IMG/VR virus record: IMGVR_UViG_3300032156_000009 | Span: 1-60,386 of that record | DNA from: a virus | Taxonomy: Duplodnaviria > Caudoviricetes | Direction: 5' to 3' (one strand) | DNA length: 60,386 nt | Made by a program: the position numbers and the translations under genes | The notes under the pieces: model-generated | What the model saw: only the letters and a program-made list of their open reading frames with translations | The model's database searches: none | Told to the model about the DNA's origin: nothing | Shown here: positions 49,701-58,147 of the stretch, in pieces | How positions within the stretch are numbered: position 1 is the stretch's first letter | How the letters are laid out: each line of letters opens with the position of its first letter

Positions 49701-49898
49701 ATGAGTACAAATCAATCTTTTAAAAAAGCAGATGAGCTAGTGATTATCGCAGAAGCTATGCTAAAGCTTAGGCAGAGATATCAGAAACATCAGAAAAACG
49801 AAACGATGCAACTGGCGATAAAATGCTTGAATAGCTCATACACTTTCGCCAAATTGGCGCTAGATGAAGAGGCCAAGCAATGCGAAATAAAAACATAG
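49701..49898 (+). CDS. Helical protein, paralog of 47479..47676
   Basis: KKADELVIIAEAMLKLRQRYQK; likely start ATG 49701. Confidence 0.6.
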   Translation: MSTNQSFKKADELVIIAEAMLKLRQRYQKHQKNETMQLAIKCLNSSYTFAKLALDEEAKQCEIKT

Positions 49899-49955
49899 AA
49901 AATAAAAAGTGATTAAAGTAGAATATCTACTTTACAGAATATTCATTGGGTAATT

Positions 49956-50456
49956 ATGTCAAGCAAAGGAACAATAAAAAACCTAATTCCGTATAAGCCA
50001 GGCCAGTCTGGAAACCCAACGGGGAAACCTAAAGGAACAAAAGATAGAGCTACAATTTATCGTGATATCCTTGCATCAAGAGCAAAAGCGTTAAAACTTC
50101 CAAAGGTAAAAGAGCTAATGAAAGCTCTCAACGCCGCTGAGGACATTACGCTCGGCGAATTGATAGCCCTTAAAAACTCTACCATGTCCCTCTATACCAA
50201 CGCGCTAGGGCTGAAAGCCTCTGCTCACGTAGAAGACTCAGGCCATGGTAAGCTCACACAAAATACAGTGATAACAGGTGCAGACGGAACGCCTCTCGCT
50301 GTCAACATCGAGACGAAAACCGAGATGCAACATCAGGTGAAAGGCCTATCGGTTGAAGCTCTAAAAGAGATTCAGGATATCATTAAGAAGGATAAAGAAA
50401 AGAAGGCGGCGGAAGAAGAACAAATAAAAACATCGGCCGAGGCGGGAGCATCATGA
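49956..50456 (+). CDS. Terminase small subunit (DUF5681-type N-terminus)
   Basis: NLIPYKPGQSGNPTGKPKG; ITGADGTPL. Confidence 0.75.
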   Translation: MSSKGTIKNLIPYKPGQSGNPTGKPKGTKDRATIYRDILASRAKALKLPKVKELMKALNAAEDITLGELIALKNSTMSLYTNALGLKASAHVEDSGHGKLTQNTVITGADGTPLAVNIETKTEMQHQVKGLSVEALKEIQDIIKKDKEKKAAEEEQIKTSAEAGAS

Positions 50457-50623
50457 TTCTCCCTTGCGGCAAATCTTTTATCTATATGCATTCATCGCAT
50501 AATTATCATTTGTCGCGTGGAGATATCACCGCTTTTTTGTGTATAGAGGGCGTAATAATAGCGCTATTGATTTTTTGTATAATAATGGCTTTTTTAAATA
50601 ATAGAGATAACTAAAGGTGAAAA

Positions 50624-51010
50624 ATGAGTCAAAAAATATGGGTTAAAGATCAAGACGGTCTTGGGCTGTATCTGTGCGATAATATTGGCGGTAGATATAA
50701 ATCAGAATATGATGGCGCTGGAAATTTAATGAGATGTTTTTCTATTGTGACAGTTCTTGCATCGGGAAAAGAAGCAATATTGTGGGAAGGGATGGCTTTA
50801 GACGGAAAAGAGGGGGTAAGTTTAGGTGATAAACGAAAGTACATCGTCGACGCGATAGAAGAACAGATCCTAACTGGCTGTGATCATGTTTCTATTTCTG
50901 ACATCGAAGATGTGTACAAACACAGGAATGATAAATATGCCGGCAATAGTGATTTCAATTACGCTGACATAAAAAAAATGAGGGATGATCTGAATGGCTT
51001 TAACAACTAA
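50624..51010 (+). CDS. Hypothetical protein
   Basis: AAGGTG SD. Confidence 0.55.
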   Translation: MSQKIWVKDQDGLGLYLCDNIGGRYKSEYDGAGNLMRCFSIVTVLASGKEAILWEGMALDGKEGVSLGDKRKYIVDAIEEQILTGCDHVSISDIEDVYKHRNDKYAGNSDFNYADIKKMRDDLNGFNN

Positions 51011-51230
51011 ACATTTTTTCTTTTCTGAAAGCGAGACAGACTTTCACATCCAGAAAAATGATGGGCTAGGAAAGGCACATGTCATCATAACGAAAAATCC
51101 CAAATCAATTAGCGAAGAGTCGATTGATATCGTACTATCAGCATCTCAGTTTGATGAATTGAATTTAGCATTTAGATGCTTCCAAGATTTTAAAGAGGAC
51201 AAAAAAGATGAAACTATTGCCGGAAATTGA
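50994..51230 (+). CDS. Hypothetical protein
   Basis: Overlapping ORF in an operon. Confidence 0.5.
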   Translation: MALTTKHFFFSESETDFHIQKNDGLGKAHVIITKNPKSISEESIDIVLSASQFDELNLAFRCFQDFKEDKKDETIAGN

Positions 51231-51699
51231 ACAGGCGATTAACGATCAGATCACGCTCGAGCGCTATTCTTCTGTTATGTACTTGCAGATGTCGTACTTC
51301 TTCCAGTCAATTAACTTGACCGGCTTTGCGAAGCTCTTAGCTGATCACGCAATCGAAGAAGCAGGACATGCCACAAAATGGGCTGACTACATTACTGATT
51401 GCGATAGTATGCCGGTGTTTCAATCTATCCAAGCCCCTGCACAATCAAAATTCTCTAGTTGCATAGAATTGTTTCAGACTGTGCTAGCGGCTGAACAAGA
51501 TACGACAAAGAACATTGTCGCACTATATGACCTTGCTATCGCAAAGAACGATCGTCCCACGCAGATTTTCGTCCAATGGTTTATCGAAGAGCAAATCAGC
51601 GAAGAGGCTGAGGCCATCGACATGATCAGAAAGTTACAGCTAATCGGTGGCGACAAAGGCGCTCTGTTAGAGATAGATGAAAAGTTGCAGGAAGAATAA
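51208..51699 (+). CDS. Non-haem ferritin (FtnA-like)
   Basis: INDQITLERYSS..YLQMS, GFAK...EEAGHA, EQDTT, QWFIEEQISEE ferroxidase-type residues. Confidence 0.9.
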   Translation: MKLLPEIEQAINDQITLERYSSVMYLQMSYFFQSINLTGFAKLLADHAIEEAGHATKWADYITDCDSMPVFQSIQAPAQSKFSSCIELFQTVLAAEQDTTKNIVALYDLAIAKNDRPTQIFVQWFIEEQISEEAEAIDMIRKLQLIGGDKGALLEIDEKLQEE

Positions 51700-51768
51700 T
51701 CAAAATAAAATATCAAATTCAGTTGTACGAATTTCTCGTATAACTGAATTTGATAAAAAAGGTGCTCT

Positions 51769-52101
51769 GTGAAAAAACAAAAAAAATCAATTTTTATTAA
51801 TGCAAATTCAATTTTGTTTTTTAACAAAGTTAAATCGATACAATTTAATGTCGATGTCAGAACCGCGAGCGGAAGAGAATATAAAGAATGTTTTGCCCCT
51901 GCTTTTATGTGTGTCGTTTTTGATGATGGCTCTTTTCAAGAATATCTAGTGCTTAAGAGTGATATTTATAACATAAAGAACAGAATTGATATGGGTTATG
52001 CTTCCGTTGCTTTTACCGACAAGTACAAGCCTATGATGGATCAGCATCATAAATTAATTGTTGAACTGAAAGATAACAAAGGTTCTAATGCCAAAAATTA
52101 A
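51769..52101 (+). CDS. Hypothetical protein
   Basis: GTG start with AAGGTG SD. Confidence 0.5.
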   Translation: MKKQKKSIFINANSILFFNKVKSIQFNVDVRTASGREYKECFAPAFMCVVFDDGSFQEYLVLKSDIYNIKNRIDMGYASVAFTDKYKPMMDQHHKLIVELKDNKGSNAKN

Positions 52102-52699
52102 ACAAGAAAAATAATCTTCCGAACTCGTCGACCTCTTCCACACCGAAAAGAGAAAGATCAACGATCTGATCCCCTTCGTCGGCAACCCACGCTCGATGAA
52201 CGAACATCAAGTCAATGCGCTCAAAAAGTCGTTGAAGAAATTCGGCGTTGCTGAATTGCCTGTGATCGACTCAGACAACGTCATCGTTGCAGGGCATCAA
52301 AGGCTAAAGGCTCTGCAAGATATTGGCTATGGCGAGGCTGAGATAGACGTACGCGTTGCATCGCGAAAGCTAACCGACAAAGAGTTTTCGATATACAACA
52401 TCGGGAGCAATAAGATAACGGGGGATTTTACGGATGAATTGTTTAATTTTGATTCTGAAATATTGCTAGATGCTGGCTTTACTCAAAATGAGATAGATAT
52501 TTTTTCACTCGGAGTTGATGATATTGGCGTAGAAAAAAGCTTTAAAGAATCAATAACGGAAGGTACTGAATTCACGGCTATTACATTCACGATAAAAAAT
52601 GAAGATTACTTCTTCATCAAAACCTATCTCGAAAATAAATCAAAAGAAGAACTCACAAAACAACTAGTGGAGATTTGCAAAAATGCCTCATTGCGGTAG
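52088..52699 (+). pseudogene. ParB/Srx-like protein with an early in-frame TAA
   Basis: ATG 52088 is in frame with 52196; TAA at 52112-14; the ParB-like N-motif TEKRKINDLIPFVGNPR lies upstream of ATG 52196; IVAGHQRLKAL. Confidence 0.6.
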
Positions 52700-53000
52700 T
52701 CAAATTATTTTGTGTGATTTACCAATAAGAATGGATACATATACTGGGTGTTCTCATAATTGTACGTATTGTTTTACCAATTTTAAACTTGGTGAGTCGG
52801 CTGTAAAACCTTATGAATCAGTGCAAAGTTTGAAAAACTTCATTGATGGGAAAAGAAATGTTGAAACGCGATGGTGCGATTTTAAAATACCAATTCATCT
52901 TGGGGGTATGTCTGATCCATTACAGCCAGTGGAAGAAAAATACGGTATTACATATCAATGCTTATGCTTATTAGCTGAAACTAAATATCCTTTCTTATGA
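52683..53000 (+). pseudogene. Truncated radical SAM protein
   Basis: DTYTGCSHNCTYCF (CxxxCxxC) and GGMSDP, but stops at 105 aa, too short for a radical SAM barrel. Confidence 0.7.
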
Positions 53001-53098
53001 GCTCAATTGTTTCATGATAGTACTGAAACCCCATTTTCTGCTCGTCGTAATTTTTTACAATTTCCTCAGCGATTGTTGACATGATTAACCTCGTGTTT

Positions 53099-53278
53099 CT
53101 ATTTTTCATCGATAGCAACGACTACGCATTCGTCGCATCTAACAATTTCAGTACGACCGCCATGCTGCCCTGGATTGATATAATCTTCTCGATATAAAGT
53201 GCCATCGGGGCTTAAAAAAAACGCATACACATTCGTAACGTCATGGTTGTCTTTTTTTCTGTAGACGTAGAATTTCAT
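53099..53278 (-). CDS. 59-aa ORF, not in the ORF track (resembles 55673..55862)
   Basis: MKFYVYRKKDN...FFLSPDGTL. Confidence 0.5.
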   Translation of the reverse strand: MKFYVYRKKDNHDVTNVYAFFLSPDGTLYREDYINPGQHGGRTEIVRCDECVVVAIDEK

Positions 53279-53284
53279 ATAAAT

Positions 53285-53797
53285 TTAACCTCGTGATAAA
53301 AATTCATTAAGCTCAACTGCCTGATAGCCCTCGTTCTCAAGTATAAAGAGTTTGTGGTGATCTTTTGTGACTAGCTTCTCTAGATCAGGCTCCCAGTTTT
53401 CGCGCGGGTTATTATGAAAGTGACCGTGGATGTTGATGTCAAAATATTTTGAATCATATTCAACAGGATAATGACTCAATAGGATGCGCTTATAATTTTC
53501 TATTATTCCATTGAACTCTGGTGTTATCGCATTCCATCCATGTTCCATATACTATTTGCAAGATTTTTTATCGTGATTTCCTGAAATTAGTGTTTTATTG
53601 AATGGGTATGTTGATAGTCTTTGATGCACTTCGATATCTTTTCCAAGACAGATATCGCCAAGGTGAAATAGCTGAGCATCAGAAGGAATTTTCTTTAAGT
53701 TCTCCCATATCAAATCCTCAAAGTTTTCAGGTCGCCCGCAATATTCAATCATATTTTTATGATTAAAATGCGTGTCGGAGATAATGTATATAGACAT
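53285..53797 (-). pseudogene. Calcineurin-like metallophosphoesterase split by one in-frame TAG
   Basis: SDTHFNH, HLGD, GNHD, then TAG at 53552-54, then LSHYP and IHGHFH in the same frame. Confidence 0.8.
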
Positions 53798-53804
53798 AGG
53801 ATTT

Positions 53805-54476
53805 TTACTCTATTTGATGTTCATGTAGCAAGTCGCTTGCCTGTATCTTAGGCTGTTCTGTTCGCCAGTCATGTTTACCGTAGCGGTAATTCGGGAACTC
53901 TTTCTCTATTGTCGTCTCTCTCTTCATGATTCGCTTGACTAAATTTATGACTACTTTTGCCTCTTTTTGATCCCTGACTTCCATAGGAACACACAAGTTA
54001 ATTCCTATAGCCCAGGTGAGATGCTCTACTTGATATGATGGCCTCACTTCAAAATCAATACCAAACGTCTGCTTCTGCTTTAATATCGCCATATATCGTT
54101 CAAAATACTTATCATATTCTTCTGATGACGGGCTGCATTCATAACTGACAATAGTTTTTCGAGATTTGCCCGCTTTCTTGTAGTTCTTTTTCTCATTAGA
54201 GAAGAGATTTAATTTTGGTGCTTCTCCTGCTTCTTTGTGACTTATTTCGTTTATCTCATCTGAGTATTTCATTCGGGGGTGCTCCCACCATACCATCACG
54301 CGCCGCCTACCGTGGATAAACCCAAAATCATCCCACCAAGACAAGTCGTTTTCTGTAGGCTGTTTGTCTGAGTATAGATGACGTATGTATAGGCCATCTC
54401 CATTCAAATCCCATTGGTTATGACTGTGATATTCGCGCTGCATCTTACGCAGCAATTCATTGTGTTTGTTTTTCAT
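53805..54476 (-). CDS. Hypothetical protein
   Basis: 223-aa ORF with AGAGGTG SD. Confidence 0.65.
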   Translation of the reverse strand: MKNKHNELLRKMQREYHSHNQWDLNGDGLYIRHLYSDKQPTENDLSWWDDFGFIHGRRRVMVWWEHPRMKYSDEINEISHKEAGEAPKLNLFSNEKKNYKKAGKSRKTIVSYECSPSSEEYDKYFERYMAILKQKQTFGIDFEVRPSYQVEHLTWAIGINLCVPMEVRDQKEAKVVINLVKRIMKRETTIEKEFPNYRYGKHDWRTEQPKIQASDLLHEHQIE

Positions 54477-54590
54477 TCGGCACCTCTATTGAAATATACC
54501 TAATTCCTTCATTGTTGATCAATCTGAATGACTTTCAACTGTGGGTAGAAACGCAAAAAGTTGGAGGTGCAAAATGAACCGAGAATCAAT

Positions 54591-54627
54591 AAAAAAACCC
54601 AACTGCCAGAGTGAGGCAATTGGGTTT
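54591..54627 (-). terminator. Putative intrinsic terminator
   Basis: ACCCAAUUGCC/GGCAGUUGGGU stem plus U-tract. Confidence 0.5.
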
Positions 54628-54794
54628 AATAAAACGAACAACAAGCTGAATAATATGCGAATCAGATAAGGCGTTTTCAAATTTAGGATAACCGTTACGT
54701 TGGAGATGTTTGTTGAAAATACCTAATAACATATCGATACAAATTTTCAATTAATTCACTCCCCATATGCGGAATGCTACCTCCTTTCTTAGCG

Positions 54795-54852
54795 GCGACA
54801 TTCTTTGTCGAAAAAGCGACATTTTTTGTCGAAAAAGCGACATTTTTTGTCG
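54795..54852. repeat. Three tandem 21-bp palindromic repeats
   Basis: GCGACA-TT(C/T)TT-TGTCG-AAAAA x3 (third copy partial). Confidence 0.85.
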
Positions 54853-54915
54853 CCCATTAGTTAGCGAGGGCAAATATTACTTTATCAAAGCAATTTTGCT
54901 CATTGTTAATATTAT

Positions 54916-55128
54916 TTAGGAGATTCTTATGACAGATAGTATCAATTGCAAATGGGTACTGGCCTCTTCTCTCCTTTTCTCTCGATAATTTCGATGTATG
55001 AGATTAACGATTTTTTTAATTGGTCTTTCATCTTCTTTTAATAACGCTCCTTCTCCAGCTGTTGTATAAACAAGCTTTCTCATGCAATGCAGAAATTCTT
55101 TTGCTTCTAAAAAGCTGTTACTTTTCAT
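54916..55128 (-). CDS. Hypothetical protein
   Basis: Coupled ORF. Confidence 0.5.
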   Translation of the reverse strand: MKSNSFLEAKEFLHCMRKLVYTTAGEGALLKEDERPIKKIVNLIHRNYREKRREEASTHLQLILSVIRIS

Positions 55129-55325
55129 TGAGCACCTTTTTCATCTAAAAATTCAACATCAACTTTCTCATTGAGAGAAAATTTATGCACATCGGTTGGC
55201 GTTTTAAAATAAAACTTCGTATCAGTAACCAAGATTATTTCGCCTTCGACCGATCTATCTTCTACCCAGCTAAGCTTTACTTTCCTTCCTAATGTTATTT
55301 GTTTTTTCACTTTAGATAATTTCAT
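55125..55325 (-). CDS. Small protein with an MKLS module
   Basis: AAGGTG SD. Confidence 0.55.
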   Translation of the reverse strand: MKLSKVKKQITLGRKVKLSWVEDRSVEGEIILVTDTKFYFKTPTDVHKFSLNEKVDVEFLDEKGAQ

Positions 55326-55672
55326 TGATCACCTTCTACAGATTTTTAATTAGCATCGTAAACATCGCAAATATAAAGGAGACAAGAGACAATATTCCAA
55401 AAAATATAGCGAATTTCGTATCAAGAAATAAGCATGTAAAGAAAAGATTAATCACAAACGAACACAGCCACTTGTATTCATTTTCCATCTTTTTTAACAT
55501 TTCTATTAGTATCATTGAGCACCTCTACTTGCGTAAAAAAATTCACATTCACTTTCACTGTTAAAAGTTGGGTCGTTCTCGATATGATCTATCCACCAAC
55601 TGTTATGGTCTAATTCTTCTAAAAGTTTTATCTCTCTTTCTTTTAATGCTTCGAGCACACGCCAAAGAAGTT

Positions 55673-55862
55673 TCATATCACTACCCCATTATCAAAGTAT
55701 TCAATTCTGAGATTCTTTCTTTCTTTTTCATCGATCTCGTGGATTTCAAAATATGACCTATCAACCGTGAGTAGTGTTCCTGTTTCGCTAAGAACAAAAA
55801 AGTAATTTCCTCCCGTATCTACTTCTTTATTTTCTTTTATATTAAAAACTCGAAACTTCATA
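55673..55862 (-). CDS. YopX-like small protein (probable start MKFRVF)
   Basis: AAGGTG SD before MKFRVFNIKENK; start coordinate approximate. Confidence 0.45.
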
Positions 55863-55876
55863 ATGCACCTTCTAAA

Positions 55877-55951
55877 TGGCGATGCTGGCTGGACTTGAAC
55901 CAACGACCAAGTGGTTAACAGCCACTTGCTCTACCGCTGAGCTACAGCACC
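55877..55951 (-). tRNA. tRNA-Asn(GTT)
   Basis: Full cloverleaf; anticodon arm AGTGG-CTGTTAA-CCACT; encoded CCA. Confidence 0.93.
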
Positions 55952-55961
55952 AAATAAATAA

Positions 55962-56038
55962 TGGCGGAGCGGATGGGGATCGAACCCATGACCCCTTGAT
56001 TGACAATCAAAGATTCTAACCAGCTGAACTACCGCTCC
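55962..56038 (-). tRNA. tRNA-Asp(GTC)
   Basis: GGAGCGG/CCGCTCC acceptor; anticodon loop TTGTCAA; G73 and CCA. Confidence 0.93.
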
Positions 56039-56040
56039 AT

Positions 56041-58104
56041 TTACGCTTTGATAACACCTAATGGACTAAGCTCAGCCAATATGTCGATCAAATCTAATTG
56101 ATTAGCCATGACGACATTAATGTCTTTATACGCGCTGGGGGCTTCATCTAAATCTTTTGCGTTACGTATAGCGTGTATGATCCCTTGATCATCAAGCATC
56201 TTTTTTTCAGCATCAAGGTTTAGAGTTCTTTGTGCTTCTTTTCTCCCCATCTTACGGCCTGCCCCATGAGAACAAGAATGGAAGCTTTCAGGGTTACCTT
56301 TTCCTGTCACTATATAGCTTTTTGTACCTTGAGATCCAGGGATAATACCTATCGTGTCCTCTCTCGCGAGCGTTGCCCCTTTTCGATGCACTAAAACATC
56401 TTGCCCGAAATGATGCTCCATAGCAGCATAGTTATGCGCGATGTTGATCATTGGTTCAAAGCCGCATTTTGTTATGTCGTAAAATATTTCTTCAACCCTA
56501 TCCATCATGAGTTTTCGATTAGCCAAAGCGAATTTAACGCAGTAATTCATTTCATCGAAATATTGTTGTCCTTCATCTTCCATGTCTAAGAATGCCAATT
56601 CTTTTTCTTTTGTGATTTTGCAGAAATACTTTTGATTGAGTTCAATAGCTTTGTGATTGTAATACTCTGCAACCTTTAGTCCAAAGTTCCTGCTTCCTGA
56701 GTGAATCATTACCCATATAAACCCATCAGAACCTTTTTGAATTTCGATGAAGTGATTGCCGCCGCCCAACGTTCCTATCTGATATAATGCAGAGTTGTAT
56801 TGTTGCGATACGACCGGGTATTTTTCTCTAAAGCACGTAACCGATTCTGGATAATGACTGTCATCCTCTGGCATCAAACTCTTATCTTGTATTTTTTCTT
56901 GATGATTAAAACCTACAGGAATGCGCTTTCTTATTTCGCCCATTATTTGTTTTAATGTTTTGGTTTCGAGAGATAACAAAGATGTTTTGATAGCGCACAT
57001 CCCGCAATTATGTACAAAAACGCCAGCAGATAATGCAAAATTATGGTGTTTTTCGACTGTTAGACAATAAACATCTTCTTTTCTGCTAATCTTCTTTGTA
57101 AACAGCAATTTGTGGTTGTTTCGTTTAAATCCATATTTTTTTCCATTTTCGGATGATTTAGCTCTCCCATTAGCCGATTTATTATAAGCAATTAAGAATT
57201 TAGCCCCTCTCTTACCAGAGAGTTTGTCATTTTCTTTCTTTTCTTCACTTTTGTTGTAAGCGTCGAGGTTTGCTAGGGCAATACTCTTTTTCTTCTCCTT
57301 AAATATAGGAGAGAAAAACCCATTTTCCCTTAGGGTTAATAGTCTCTTTTCTTTAAAAGAATCTTTTTTGAATGTTTCGTTTTTTAGCCCATGATGCCTG
57401 CTGTGATCTTTTGCGCTTTTATACTCCAAGTTTGAAGGGTCATTATTAAACCAATTTCCATCTTTGTGATGTACAACAAAGCATTTTGTGCCTTCTCCAA
57501 TAAAATATTTCGCGACCATTCGATGGGTGGCGCAACCAGCGGATGATGTTGTTTTTAAAAATTCATACCCATCTCTTGTTTGATATGTCCTGTATAATGG
57601 CATTAGAGAATCAAAATTTTGAAGATCTTCGGCCTTTTTATAAGTTCCGTCTGTTAACATAAATTGATGATCAGGCGTGCATTTTATTGATTCTCCTCCG
57701 CTTACGACAACCTCCATTAATTCAGCGTTCTTTCTTGTTAGCTTTGGAGTGGCTTTGCCAGGCACTATACGAAGATTTTCATCTAAAGAATAAACATAGA
57801 CATCCATTCCTGCGTCATACAGTTCTTTTAATGTTTTTTGTGTACCATTTAAAAGGGGTATTTTTGTATCACCAGAAAAACATCCAATATCTACACCAAC
57901 TGCATTGGGTACTATATATCCCTTCGTGGCCATTACTCCGCCTATAGGCATCCCATAGCCTTGATGGCTATCAGGCATTATCGCGATGTGTTTAAATGCG
58001 AACGGTAATTCGGCCAGATTCTTTGCTTGTTCTAAAGCTCCATCTTCGATGTCATCAAGCCATAGTTTGATCGGTAATCCGCCGTATTGTATTACTTTTT
58101 TCAT
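56041..58104 (-). CDS. rtcB: RtcB RNA ligase, intein-containing
   Basis: MPDSHQGYG, GVDIG/CGM, GTLGGGNHFIE, HSGSR, HNY, HRKGA, SCSHGAGR, DEAPSAYK. Confidence 0.96.
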   Translation of the reverse strand: MKKVIQYGGLPIKLWLDDIEDGALEQAKNLAELPFAFKHIAIMPDSHQGYGMPIGGVMATKGYIVPNAVGVDIGCFSGDTKIPLLNGTQKTLKELYDAGMDVYVYSLDENLRIVPGKATPKLTRKNAELMEVVVSGGESIKCTPDHQFMLTDGTYKKAEDLQNFDSLMPLYRTYQTRDGYEFLKTTSSAGCATHRMVAKYFIGEGTKCFVVHHKDGNWFNNDPSNLEYKSAKDHSRHHGLKNETFKKDSFKEKRLLTLRENGFFSPIFKEKKKSIALANLDAYNKSEEKKENDKLSGKRGAKFLIAYNKSANGRAKSSENGKKYGFKRNNHKLLFTKKISRKEDVYCLTVEKHHNFALSAGVFVHNCGMCAIKTSLLSLETKTLKQIMGEIRKRIPVGFNHQEKIQDKSLMPEDDSHYPESVTCFREKYPVVSQQYNSALYQIGTLGGGNHFIEIQKGSDGFIWVMIHSGSRNFGLKVAEYYNHKAIELNQKYFCKITKEKELAFLDMEDEGQQYFDEMNYCVKFALANRKLMMDRVEEIFYDITKCGFEPMINIAHNYAAMEHHFGQDVLVHRKGATLAREDTIGIIPGSQGTKSYIVTGKGNPESFHSCSHGAGRKMGRKEAQRTLNLDAEKKMLDDQGIIHAIRNAKDLDEAPSAYKDINVVMANQLDLIDILAELSPLGVIKA
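57007..57882 (-). mobile_element. Intein (292 aa) with an HNH endonuclease domain
   Basis: Begins CFSGDTKI; block B CTPDHQF; HNH VHHKDGNWFNNDPSNL...H; ends HNFALSAGVFVHN before Cys; spliced extein is 395 aa. Confidence 0.93.
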
Positions 58105-58147
58105 CTCGCACCTTCTTTTTATATTTCAACTTAAATCTTACGTGGCT

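Noticed and set aside
52196-52699. Plasmid-prophage partition system
   Set aside because: No ParA and no HTH after the ParB-like domain; the neighbouring radical SAM gene fits a modification cluster better
53552-53554. Genome-wide TAG recoding
   Set aside because: Long genes are intact under the standard code, TAG ends normal genes, and I saw no suppressor tRNA
54795-54852. Mini-CRISPR
   Set aside because: The repeats are directly tandem with no unique spacers
55863-55903. Upstream extension of ORF 55673..55903
   Set aside because: Overlaps the 3' half of tRNA-Asn; the real start is probably MKFRVF after the AAGGTG SD
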